DNA of 30,772 nt from a virus (lineage: Duplodnaviria; Heunggongvirae; Uroviricota; Caudoviricetes). The translations under genes and the position numbers were made by a program. The DNA is taken from IMG/VR virus record IMGVR_UViG_3300042349_000541, positions 1-30,772 of that record; one strand, 5' to 3'. The notes under the pieces were generated by a model. That model did no database searches. It saw nothing but the letters and a program-made list of their open reading frames with translations, and was not told the origin of the DNA. Shown in pieces: positions 1 to 8,166 of the stretch; positions within the stretch are counted from its first letter, which is position 1; each line of letters begins with the position of its first letter.

Positions 1-1
1 A

Positions 2-373
2 GATAATCCGGGTTTATCTAAACCGGCCAGTAGCACAAAGGCACTCGTTGATTTGTATAACGAATCATCTATATTTCTAAATACATCGCAATTTTCTCCC
101 GTCCCGATGGCTTTAATTGAAGCTATGGCGTGCGGCTGTGCTGTTGTGTCGAGCAATACATGCATGATACCCGAAATCATTACGCATGAATTTAACGGAT
201 TTCTAGCTAGCACGCCCGACGAATTTAATAAATACTTAACGCTATTATATAATAATAAAGAATTGGCCGAACAAATCGGTGCTAATGCCCGAATGACAAT
301 TTTCGAACATTACAACCTTATTAATTTTTGCCGGTCGTGGGATTCAATTTTTAGAAAGACAATATTATCATGA
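2..373 (+). CDS. GT4-family (GT-B) glycosyltransferase, C-terminal part (5' truncated by window)
   Basis: Frame is open from position 2 (DNPGLSKPAS...). GT4 signature region 'FLNTSQFSPVPMALIEAMACGCAVVSS...PEII..EFNGFL' is present; the first Glu of the usual E-x7-E is Ser. Confidence 0.88.
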   Translation, partial: DNPGLSKPASSTKALVDLYNESSIFLNTSQFSPVPMALIEAMACGCAVVSSNTCMIPEIITHEFNGFLASTPDEFNKYLTLLYNNKELAEQIGANARMTIFEHYNLINFCRSWDSIFRKTILS

Positions 374-816
374 AGTTATTACTAACAAGAAACCGTAAAG
401 AAAGAATAAACGGATATGAAACCGTAAGTGCTCCGCTAGCTTTAGTCAGAAACGATATAAAAAATATAGATGACATATGCTGTGATGCTGAGGCTACCGA
501 TATTAAAGTTGATAATTTTTTATCTCTATATGATTATGACACAGTCAGAATGGTACTTCTAAAAATTTGCTCAAAACTAAGAATTGGTGGAGAGATAGTT
601 GTAACCGATCTAGACTTTGATTTAGTCGCTTATGCGTCCGGAAGAGGATTAATTGAAGAAAAAGTTTTAAATGAATTGCTTTTTACCGAAGGTGCTTTAT
701 CATCTTTCTTTGGGGCCGAATCCATAGTAGAAACACTAACTTCGGCGGGCATTCATATTACCGAAAGATACATAGAAAACAATAGAAATTTTGTAGTAAA
801 GGGAGTAAGATGCTAA
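370..816 (+). CDS. Class I SAM-methyltransferase-like protein, probably degenerate
   Basis: Layout matches small type-11 MTases ('GYETV', 'DAEATDI', 'KLRIGGEIVVTDLD' ~ LKPGGxLxIxxPD), but motif I GxG is replaced by 'LTRNR'. ATGA overlap with the upstream gene. Confidence 0.55.
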   Translation: MKLLLTRNRKERINGYETVSAPLALVRNDIKNIDDICCDAEATDIKVDNFLSLYDYDTVRMVLLKICSKLRIGGEIVVTDLDFDLVAYASGRGLIEEKVLNELLFTEGALSSFFGAESIVETLTSAGIHITERYIENNRNFVVKGVRC

Positions 817-1553
817 AGTTTGAAGTTCACTGTAAAGATTGTGTTTTTGCTGGAGTAAAAGACGGCGTTCAAAATGAATGTCTGCTGGGAAAGACGGATA
901 GCATTGAAAATAAAGTATTAGAGGAAGGTTTCTATAAATTCGACAGACATTGCAATTCTTTCAGAGATGAGCAATGGCTTAAAAATGTAGATGGCTGTCC
1001 AAAGGAAAAAGTCGCACTAGAAACAAAGGCAAGGCTCGGTGTTTGTATTAACTTTATAGGAAGTTACGATAATGAACTGCTAAGAGAAACTGTAAAAAGT
1101 ATTAATAATGCACAATACTATATAATTATTAATGACAGGCCGGAACATAATAAAGATCTTTATGATATAGTCAAACAAGAAACTAATGTTCATCCGTCCA
1201 GAATTAATATAGTTCAAATTATCAATCAAAAACCTGAATATTATATAGATGAAGGCTTTAATGCGGGCGGTAGAAACGGTTACTTCTGCTATGTAAACTC
1301 CGGAACGTTTTTTCCTCCTAATTTTATAGATCAATTAAACAATGCAATAAATAATCAGATGAAGCCCGTGATGGTTTGTTATGACGGAAACTTTATACTG
1401 TTTCAATCTATGCTATTTAAATATCTAAACGGTAATAAAGCTAGAATGCTATCTGATGGATCTGTTGACAATAGAAATTTCTTGGAAAAAGCAGGTGACT
1501 TAAATTCGGAGAATAACTGCATTTTTGCTTGGGGAGAAATATTTAATGCATAA
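810..1553 (+). CDS. Hypothetical protein: N-terminal Cys cluster plus degenerate GT-A-like domain
   Basis: CxxC-x11-C...C at the N-terminus. The later 'LLRETVKSI..YYIIIND' and 'YFCYVNSG' resemble GT2 strands but lack DxD. GGAG SD precedes the ATG. Confidence 0.5.
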   Translation: MLKFEVHCKDCVFAGVKDGVQNECLLGKTDSIENKVLEEGFYKFDRHCNSFRDEQWLKNVDGCPKEKVALETKARLGVCINFIGSYDNELLRETVKSINNAQYYIIINDRPEHNKDLYDIVKQETNVHPSRINIVQIINQKPEYYIDEGFNAGGRNGYFCYVNSGTFFPPNFIDQLNNAINNQMKPVMVCYDGNFILFQSMLFKYLNGNKARMLSDGSVDNRNFLEKAGDLNSENNCIFAWGEIFNA

Positions 1554-2307
1554 AGTAACGACTGTTATAGCCAACTTTAACTATGGAGACAGGTTAATTG
1601 CATGTTTAGATAGTGCTTTTAATTGTGATACTACGGGCCTTGTGCATAAAATAGTTTTAGTAGACGATGGTTCAACGGATAACTCAGTTGATCGTGTGAA
1701 ACAAGCCTTCGGGCACAAATTTAAAACTGTTTATACTAAAGGTTATTTAACTATACATACTTCGGATAATTTTGATTTTATAGTTAGTCCTAACATGGGT
1801 GCTTCCGCAGCTAGAAATACAGCAATTAAACATAGCTGGAACAATACTGAATTCTTTCACATTTTAGATTCTGACGACAAAATGACTGATAGTAAAATCG
1901 TGAAAATGCTTGAAAAAATGGAGCATCCGGAAGTAGGTGTTGTCTATGCAGATTACATCATAAAGCGTCCTCTATATTCAAAAATAGAGTTTAAATATCC
2001 TTACGATCAAAACCATTTAAAGCATGAGTGTATAGTCCACAGTGGATCTCTAATTAGAAAGCATTATTTAAATTTAGTTAAATTTTCCAATGGGGATATT
2101 TATGACATAAATTTACACGGACCCGCTAGCACTACTTTTATAGGATGCACTGAGGATTATGATCTGTGGCTTAGATTGTCAAATGTATGTGTTATGGTTC
2201 ATATTCCAGAAACACTAAGTATCGTAAGTGAGCACGGTAATAATCAGTCAATGAAAATGAGTAATGAAATTTATAAAAAAAACATGGAGTACATACAAAC
2301 AAGATGA
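1546..2307 (+). CDS. GT2-family (GT-A) glycosyltransferase
   Basis: Canonical motifs 'VIANFN', 'VDDGSTD', 'ARNTAI', 'ILDSDD' and 'EDYDLWLR'. Start moved to the ATG at 1546, which overlaps the upstream stop (ATGCATAA). Confidence 0.93.
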   Translation: MHKVTTVIANFNYGDRLIACLDSAFNCDTTGLVHKIVLVDDGSTDNSVDRVKQAFGHKFKTVYTKGYLTIHTSDNFDFIVSPNMGASAARNTAIKHSWNNTEFFHILDSDDKMTDSKIVKMLEKMEHPEVGVVYADYIIKRPLYSKIEFKYPYDQNHLKHECIVHSGSLIRKHYLNLVKFSNGDIYDINLHGPASTTFIGCTEDYDLWLRLSNVCVMVHIPETLSIVSEHGNNQSMKMSNEIYKKNMEYIQTR

Positions 2308-2972
2308 CCACAAACTTTTTATCGCTAGCGGCTAGTATAGGCAAAAGAATAAAATCTAAAGAGCCTAGAGCAGCACTTTCTATTCGCGGAGTCCCAGTTG
2401 TATTGCGACAGTATTTTACAATTAGAAATAACTTTATAAAAGATGAAGATTTCACTTTTACTGTAATAGCCGGATATAAGCCCGGAAAAATTAAACGTGT
2501 CATAAAAGGATACGAGGGTATCAAAATATTGATTAATGAAAATCACGCCAGTACAAATCAAGCCGAAAGCATTAGAATTTACTTGAAAGATAACAAAGTG
2601 GATAACTTGATTATTTTTCATGGAGACTTGCTTTTTATTGATGCCCCAATGCCTAAAGAGGAATCTACATGCTTCTACGATGGATCATACGATTTTAGGC
2701 AGGATGAAGTGGGGGTCAACATACAAGATGGATATGTAAACAACTTATCATATGGATTAGAAACAAAGTGGTCCCAAATGCTTTATTTAACAGGCAAGGA
2801 GCTTGATTTATTATATTCAATATGCGAAGCACCAAACTTTAAAAGTTATTTCATGACATTTGAATTAATTAACCAAATCATCGCTTTGGGCGGAAAATTT
2901 AAAGCGGTGCCTCATATTGGCACTATAAACGAAATAGATTCGCTTGAAGATATTAATAACCTAGAGGGCTAA
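2304..2972 (+). CDS. Sugar/phosphocholine nucleotidyltransferase-like protein (NTP_transferase, LicC-like)
   Basis: 'LAASIGKRIK..EPRAALSIRG' ~ LAAGxGxR..PKxL, plus 'IAGYK', 'STNQAESI', 'FHGDLLF' and C-terminal 'EIDSLED'. ATGA overlap. Confidence 0.8.
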   Translation: MTTNFLSLAASIGKRIKSKEPRAALSIRGVPVVLRQYFTIRNNFIKDEDFTFTVIAGYKPGKIKRVIKGYEGIKILINENHASTNQAESIRIYLKDNKVDNLIIFHGDLLFIDAPMPKEESTCFYDGSYDFRQDEVGVNIQDGYVNNLSYGLETKWSQMLYLTGKELDLLYSICEAPNFKSYFMTFELINQIIALGGKFKAVPHIGTINEIDSLEDINNLEG

Positions 2973-3992
2973 ATGAGAATACTTATAAGTAATGATGGAA
3001 TGCACGCCCACTTTTTTGAACGAATGGCATGGGCTAACGCATTTAAAGCTTCCGGAATTGAGTGTGTTGTTTATAACTGTAAAACACTTAGGGCATTTGA
3101 TGTATTCGATAAATTTCAGCCAGATATTTTTATTGGGCAGTTGTACAATCTAGACCGGGCTACAATTAAGTGCATATCCGAAAGACCGCACTTAAAAGTA
3201 GCTTTACGCGCAGGTGAATATAGAAATGAAAAAATGCCACCGGAGATATTACAAACAACTGATGCGGATTTAAAAAATCTGAATGAATTGATTGAAAATC
3301 ATGGACTTCCAAGTTTTATATATACTCACTATTTTCAACAAGACATTGAAGATACACACCATTTGTTTAAGGATAAATTCGGAATAAAGCTTACGGGCGT
3401 TCCTATGTCGGGAGACATTCTGGCGTATGGCAATGCCGAGTTCAAAGACTATCTACAGTGCGATATAGGATTCGTCGGGGGTTATTGGCCATACAAGGGT
3501 AGAATCATAGATCAATACTTAACTAGAATACTTAATGATTTTAGATTTCACGTTAAGATTTTTGGTAATCAATTGTGGCCGCATGTTAATCAGTATTGCG
3601 GAGTTCTTAATGACGAAGATGTAAAAAACCTATTTGTTTCAGCTAAGATATGCCCGAATTTAAGTGAGCCTCACTCACACACCTATGGCATCGATGTTAA
3701 TGAAAGAGCCTTTAAGGTTCTAGCTGCGGGCGGATTTTGTATTATGGATAATGTAAAGCGTGCTAAGGAAATATTCAAAGATGGTGTTGTATTCGTAGAT
3801 AGCAATGCAGGATTTGAAGAAGCTGTTGAATACTTCGTCATGGAGTCTAACACTGAACAAAGAATGGAAATAGCTAGGAAGGGTCATGAAATTGTTATGA
3901 AAGAGCATACAAACTTTCATCGGGCCAGTACAATACTGGAAAATTTTGGCGAACACTCACATGCCGATAATATATTAAAGGGTTTACAATGA
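2973..3992 (+). CDS. GT-B glycosyltransferase, CgeB/Glyco_trans_1_2-like
   Basis: 'DIGFVGG', 'IFGNQLW', 'SAKICPNL', 'VNERAFKVLAAGGF' and 'IARKGHEIVMKEHT...R' are typical of the C-terminal domain of this family. Confidence 0.85.
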   Translation: MRILISNDGMHAHFFERMAWANAFKASGIECVVYNCKTLRAFDVFDKFQPDIFIGQLYNLDRATIKCISERPHLKVALRAGEYRNEKMPPEILQTTDADLKNLNELIENHGLPSFIYTHYFQQDIEDTHHLFKDKFGIKLTGVPMSGDILAYGNAEFKDYLQCDIGFVGGYWPYKGRIIDQYLTRILNDFRFHVKIFGNQLWPHVNQYCGVLNDEDVKNLFVSAKICPNLSEPHSHTYGIDVNERAFKVLAAGGFCIMDNVKRAKEIFKDGVVFVDSNAGFEEAVEYFVMESNTEQRMEIARKGHEIVMKEHTNFHRASTILENFGEHSHADNILKGLQ

Positions 3993-4465
3993 AAATAGCA
4001 TCAGTTGTAGAAAATCTTTCTCTTAACCAGAGTAATTTTTTCATGACTAAAACATTTAACAGGCTGGGTGAACACGGAATAGAGCCATTTTGTTTTTACG
4101 GAGATCTTACGGCCACCGGAATAAAACCTAATTTTGCCACTATGAATGTTTATTATTTAAATAACTTTTATAACGGAATCATTATATGTAATACTATTAA
4201 TACTCTAAAGATATTAAAAACTATTAATACTAATGCCCGTAAAATGTTTTACGTTTGGGACTTAGAATGGCTAAGGCTAAATAAGTCGGGAGTTCTCAAT
4301 TACAAAGAAACTGTAGATATTTTGTGTAATCATAATATAGAGTTAATAGCTAGATCTGAAAATCATGCAAGTGCTATTAAGAACTATTGTAACCGAAAGG
4401 TTGATTATATTATCAGTGATTGGAATATAGATGAAATAAGAGGACTTTATGACAGAAGACGTTAA
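3989..4465 (+). CDS. Hypothetical protein resembling an isolated N-terminal GT-B Rossmann domain
   Basis: 'MKIASVV', 'KMFYVWDLEW' and 'LIARSENHASAI' follow the GT-B N-domain pattern; no C-terminal domain. ATGA overlap. Confidence 0.5.
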   Translation: MKIASVVENLSLNQSNFFMTKTFNRLGEHGIEPFCFYGDLTATGIKPNFATMNVYYLNNFYNGIIICNTINTLKILKTINTNARKMFYVWDLEWLRLNKSGVLNYKETVDILCNHNIELIARSENHASAIKNYCNRKVDYIISDWNIDEIRGLYDRRR

Positions 4466-5231
4466 TTTTAGAATGAAGGAAGACTATGAAACTGGTTTAA
4501 GTATGGGTGAAATAGCAAAAAAGTATAAGCGAAGCCAAACTACAGTTCATAGAATATTTAAAAAAATGGGTGTTCACATTAGAAGTGCATCAGAGGCTCA
4601 AAAATTAGCCCTAGCAACTGGCCGTTCTAAGAACCCGACAGCAGGAGTTGGTCATAGTGTAGAGGCCAAGGTTGCCATGAGCGACAAAGCGGCTAATAGG
4701 TGGGCTAGAATGACTGATGCGGACAGAGACAAATTCAAAGCTGCCGCAAAGGAGCGTTGGTCTAAATTAAGCGATTTCGATAAAAAAGAAATGCTTAGAC
4801 TTGCCGGTGTTGCCTTACGAAGAGTTGCTACAGAAGGCTCTGAAATAGAACAGTATTTAGAAGGAGCTTTGATTAAAGAAGGTTTTGTTGTACTGAAACA
4901 CGTAAAGAATTTTATGGGTGGAGAATACGAAATCGACCTTCTTTTAAAGGATGAAGGTATTGCTATAGAACTAGACGGGCCGCATCACTTTCTACCTATC
5001 TTCGGAGAAGAAAGACTAGAAAAAACAATGCGTTTCGATGCGGCAAAAAACGGTAGTCTTATAGGAATGGGATTAACAATTGTACGTGTTAAATGTATGT
5101 ATAAAAATTTAACAGAAAAAATGAAAAGAGATACGTTATCTCTTATAGTGGAAAGCGTAAGGAAAATTCGTGCTGGCGAAGTTACCAGTAAACTTGTAGA
5201 GGTTGAATTAAGCAATGGGAAAGAAGATTGA
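4449..5231 (+). CDS. Homing-endonuclease-like protein: HTH + NUMOD3-like motif + Vsr/DUF559-type PD-(D/E)xK domain
   Basis: HTH 'GLSMGEIAKKYKRSQTTVHRIFKKMGV'; NUMOD3-like 'GVGHSVEAKVAMS'; nuclease 'SEIE...YEIDLLL...IAIELDGPHH...D..KN'. GAGGA SD. Confidence 0.82.
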   Translation: MTEDVNFRMKEDYETGLSMGEIAKKYKRSQTTVHRIFKKMGVHIRSASEAQKLALATGRSKNPTAGVGHSVEAKVAMSDKAANRWARMTDADRDKFKAAAKERWSKLSDFDKKEMLRLAGVALRRVATEGSEIEQYLEGALIKEGFVVLKHVKNFMGGEYEIDLLLKDEGIAIELDGPHHFLPIFGEERLEKTMRFDAAKNGSLIGMGLTIVRVKCMYKNLTEKMKRDTLSLIVESVRKIRAGEVTSKLVEVELSNGKED

Positions 5232-5946
5232 AGCTGTTGTAGGAAATGATGTTATCGCTAGCGAAACTCCCGAGTATGGTTCGGAGGGGTGGGATTCATA
5301 CGTAATGTCATTATTTAAACCTGAGGAATTAATTGATGGTAAACCGCGATGCGTAGGGCTTAGGCGTGTTGGACGTACAGTGCTTGGAGACCCCGTTTTT
5401 ACCGGGCCTATTCATGTGTCTCCCGCTACCGATAATGATGGTCCGGGGCGAGCCACGGTTGTATACCAGATGGTGTTTAAGTTTGCTGATGGACAGCGTA
5501 CATTCGGTGATGTTGCTGACGTTTGGCACGGTAATACCGACGACATGTTTGCGGCTCACCCTGTAGCTTGTGCGTCCACCAAGGCAGAAGCTCGTTGTTG
5601 GCGTAAGGCTTTATTAATCAGTGCTGTTTCAGCAGAAGAATTAACAGTTAAAGATACTGCTGCTATCGTTCAAAGCCTAGTATCCAAGTCTGTTAAAGTC
5701 GGTGCCGTAACAAACGGGGAAATTAATGATTCAGACAAAATGAGTGATCAGCAGCGTAATCTGATCAGTATTAAGTGCAAACAGCTTAATGTTGATCCTA
5801 GAAAGCTTGCTGGTTGTGATAAGCCCGAAAAATGGACTAAGAAGTTTGCTTCTTCGTTAATCACCAAGATCAACGAGGTTCAGCAAGCAGGACTTCCCGA
5901 GGAAGTGTCTGGGTTTAGTTATAACCCCAACTGGTTCAGTCTATAG
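5215..5946 (+). CDS. Putative single-strand annealing protein (Rad52/Sak-like fold)
   Basis: Beta strands 'RATVVYQMVF..RTFGDVADV' are followed by helix 'ACASTKAEARCWRKAL' (A-x-T-x-A-x-x-R pattern). C-terminal 'SDQQRNLI...WTKKFASSLITKI' resembles tails of phage annealing proteins. Confidence 0.6.
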   Translation: MGKKIEAVVGNDVIASETPEYGSEGWDSYVMSLFKPEELIDGKPRCVGLRRVGRTVLGDPVFTGPIHVSPATDNDGPGRATVVYQMVFKFADGQRTFGDVADVWHGNTDDMFAAHPVACASTKAEARCWRKALLISAVSAEELTVKDTAAIVQSLVSKSVKVGAVTNGEINDSDKMSDQQRNLISIKCKQLNVDPRKLAGCDKPEKWTKKFASSLITKINEVQQAGLPEEVSGFSYNPNWFSL

Positions 5947-6793
5947 AAAGAAAAAAACTATCAAAGTGTTCTTTCATGAATGCTCTGATATTTTCTGCGT
6001 CCGGGGACGTTTTTAAATTCGTTAGTATTTCTTCCTGATTTTTGTAAGGATAGATATTTCTTCCGGCTTTAAAAATGCTCTCGGACTTTTTCATTGTGTC
6101 ATACATAAAATCTTGAAACTCTTGATTGTTCCAATACTCAGGATCTAAGTCTTTAATCGCCATACATGTAGCTACTGAGTAAACCGCGAATTCTATCGGG
6201 CCTACCATCGGATCTAACGAATCAACCCTCTGCCCGTTTTTATGATCATCCAGAGCTACTATAGAGCCGTTTATATATGATACGAATTCATCTATGATGT
6301 ATAACGGATATTCTGCCCATGATTTATTTCTCCCGAAATAAGTGTTGAACCTACTAAACCTTAAGGATGCAGGAATATATCTCTCGATTTCTTTTCTTAG
6401 GAATTTTGGTTGTTCGATATGAAAAGATTTGTCAGGAAATATATAAAATGCCCCCGGAAAAGTTTTTACCCTGCGGCTTAAAACATCATCGTTTCTTAAT
6501 TGTGAATGTATAAAATGAGTGCTTTCATGAGCATTTGTCATTCTTTGATTATCTAGCTGTGGAGTTCTACATCTAGATATAATTTGCCCGTAAGCATCTT
6601 TCATATCAAAATTATTTACCACCGGGACATTTCTGGTTGTAAAAAAGCGTTTGCGGGCCGGAAAAGGTTTCGGTTCAGGTTTTATGACTACTTCTTTTTT
6701 TTCTTCCACACTGGTTTTATCCTCGGGATCTTGTGGATTATAAAATGCAAAAAATAGCAAGCCTATGATAATTAGTATTTTTATAATATTCAT
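5936..6793 (-). CDS. Membrane-anchored putative zinc metallopeptidase (gluzincin-like)
   Basis: N-terminal hydrophobic segment (IIKILIIIGLLFFAFY), Pro/Lys linker, HExxH motif 'AHESTH', and distal 'IDEFVSY' as candidate third ligand. Confidence 0.65.
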   Translation of the reverse strand: MNIIKILIIIGLLFFAFYNPQDPEDKTSVEEKKEVVIKPEPKPFPARKRFFTTRNVPVVNNFDMKDAYGQIISRCRTPQLDNQRMTNAHESTHFIHSQLRNDDVLSRRVKTFPGAFYIFPDKSFHIEQPKFLRKEIERYIPASLRFSRFNTYFGRNKSWAEYPLYIIDEFVSYINGSIVALDDHKNGQRVDSLDPMVGPIEFAVYSVATCMAIKDLDPEYWNNQEFQDFMYDTMKKSESIFKAGRNIYPYKNQEEILTNLKTSPDAENIRAFMKEHFDSFFLSID

Positions 6794-6799
6794 GATAAT

Positions 6800-6825
6800 A
6801 AAAAAACCCCTTCAAATGAAGGGGT
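6800..6825 (-). terminator. Rho-independent terminator downstream of the 302-aa gene
   Basis: The - strand reads ACCCCTTC-ATTT-GAAGGGG then T7: a 7-8 bp stem with a U-tract, ~26 nt after the stop at 6852. Confidence 0.9.
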
Positions 6826-6851
6826 CGATAAAAACTTAGAATAAAAATATC

Positions 6852-7760
6852 TTAGAGGTATTCGCAGCTAAATTGTAGTGCATAATTACTCTTACTTCCT
6901 ACTGTTAATGGAGTCGCTGAAATTGCTACTCTCCAAGTATGTCTTGTGTCTACACCAGTTCCGCCGAAAGTTCTGGTTGTTGAGTTAGCCCCAATGTTTG
7001 CTAAATTAGGACTTGATGTATTATAGTATTGTAGCCACTTAGGTTTATACGCTGTATCATAAGTTCCGTCTAAGAATCTTTGTCCAGATCCGGGATTATC
7101 TAACAAGGGAACAACAATTCCACTTCCACCAACAGTATCGTCGTCACCAGTTAAAGCACCCAGACGAGAATCGCCATTGAGTTTGGCATCTGCGGTTGAT
7201 CCATTGCGGAACACAATACCGCTACTATTCTGCCATGTGAATTGAGCACACTGATTAGAAGGCCAAGCCTCGCCCCACCAAACATGATCACCAGAACCGA
7301 TTGGGTTTCCTCCGATTCCATCACCGGATGTATTTGCACTTCCGGGACCAGCTACCCAAGTAGCATATGCCTGACCGTTAAAATTAACTAATTCAGCAAC
7401 TTTAGTGTTAACGCCCGAGGCGGGATTGTTAATACTGACTCTATCGTATATTCTTAGTTGGGCATTTTGAACGTTTACTGGCGTACTGTGAGTAAAATTT
7501 ATATCAAGAGTTCTGTGATGGCTATTTAGCCTAGACAAAGGAATGCCGGAAGTGTCTGTGTCTGGTATACCAGAAGCGGCTGCGGTAAACTTAAAGTTAT
7601 AAGCATTTCCCCCGTTTATGGTTCCGTCAGCATTAGTGATAAATGTTTTATCTTGATAAGCACCTATTTGTACTGAGCTTCCGAAAGAAGACCCGTAAAA
7701 ACCAAGTCCAGACCCGTTTAGGTTAGGTGTGTTGTATGTTCCAAAAGAAATTTCTGCCAT
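6852..7760 (-). CDS. Putative virion structural protein (G/S/T/N-rich, beta-rich)
   Basis: 302 aa with low charge; last gene of the tail cluster. AGAGGA SD, its own upstream intergenic gap and a downstream terminator suggest high expression. Confidence 0.6.
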   Translation of the reverse strand: MAEISFGTYNTPNLNGSGLGFYGSSFGSSVQIGAYQDKTFITNADGTINGGNAYNFKFTAAASGIPDTDTSGIPLSRLNSHHRTLDINFTHSTPVNVQNAQLRIYDRVSINNPASGVNTKVAELVNFNGQAYATWVAGPGSANTSGDGIGGNPIGSGDHVWWGEAWPSNQCAQFTWQNSSGIVFRNGSTADAKLNGDSRLGALTGDDDTVGGSGIVVPLLDNPGSGQRFLDGTYDTAYKPKWLQYYNTSSPNLANIGANSTTRTFGGTGVDTRHTWRVAISATPLTVGSKSNYALQFSCEYL

Positions 7761-7812
7761 TTAATCCTCTTATTTATTGAAAAATGTTGTTAACAATTAT
7801 AAATACACAATT
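7761..7812 (-). promoter_or_regulatory. Putative promoter and RBS for the 302-aa gene
   Basis: One of only two real intergenic gaps. The - strand reads TTGTGTATTTATAAT (TATAAT at 7796-7801), palindrome TTGTTAACAA (7787-7796), then AAGAGGA-TTAA-ATG. No TTGACA-like -35. Confidence 0.5.
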
Positions 7813-8166
7813 TTACTTATTACAGTTGCAGTCGCCCCCGGAGTTAACTGCTGACCATTTTTTTAACGGGCAAGATTCTCCAGCCCAGCTAGTTTTAATT
7901 TTTAAGAAGCATCCACACTCATTACATCGGGGATTATTTGGATCGTTAGAATTATATCTATCGCAAGATCTACATATTTCCAGACGTTTCGCCTGATCGT
8001 TATCGTTAGTCTGAGGCATTCCGCCAGCCATATGTTTTACTATAGAAGTAGAAAAATTCACAGCCTGAGTAAGAAAACCGGGTATTTCCTGCTTGGGTAA
8101 AGAGTCTTTTTTAGGAAAACTTTCGGGCTGATTAGGATAAGAAAAAACGAAAGGTTCATTATGCAT
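7813..8166 (-). CDS. Small Cys-rich metal-binding protein (DUF6171-like)
   Basis: 'RLEICRSC...RCNECGCFLKIK...SCPLKKW' plus terminal CNC. AAGAGG SD; 8-nt overlap with the upstream stop. Confidence 0.72.
   Translation of the reverse strand: MHNEPFVFSYPNQPESFPKKDSLPKQEIPGFLTQAVNFSTSIVKHMAGGMPQTNDNDQAKRLEICRSCDRYNSNDPNNPRCNECGCFLKIKTSWAGESCPLKKWSAVNSGGDCNCNK

Noticed and set aside
2-4465. Bacterial chromosomal LPS/capsule locus (prophage boundary)
   Set aside because: No flippase, polymerase or export genes, and no att site or integrase. The cluster is coupled to phage-type nuclease/annealase genes and has similar composition to the tail genes.
7798-7805. Perfect T4 late promoter TATAAATA
   Set aside because: It is on the + strand, antisense to all nearby genes, and is expected by chance in AT-rich DNA.
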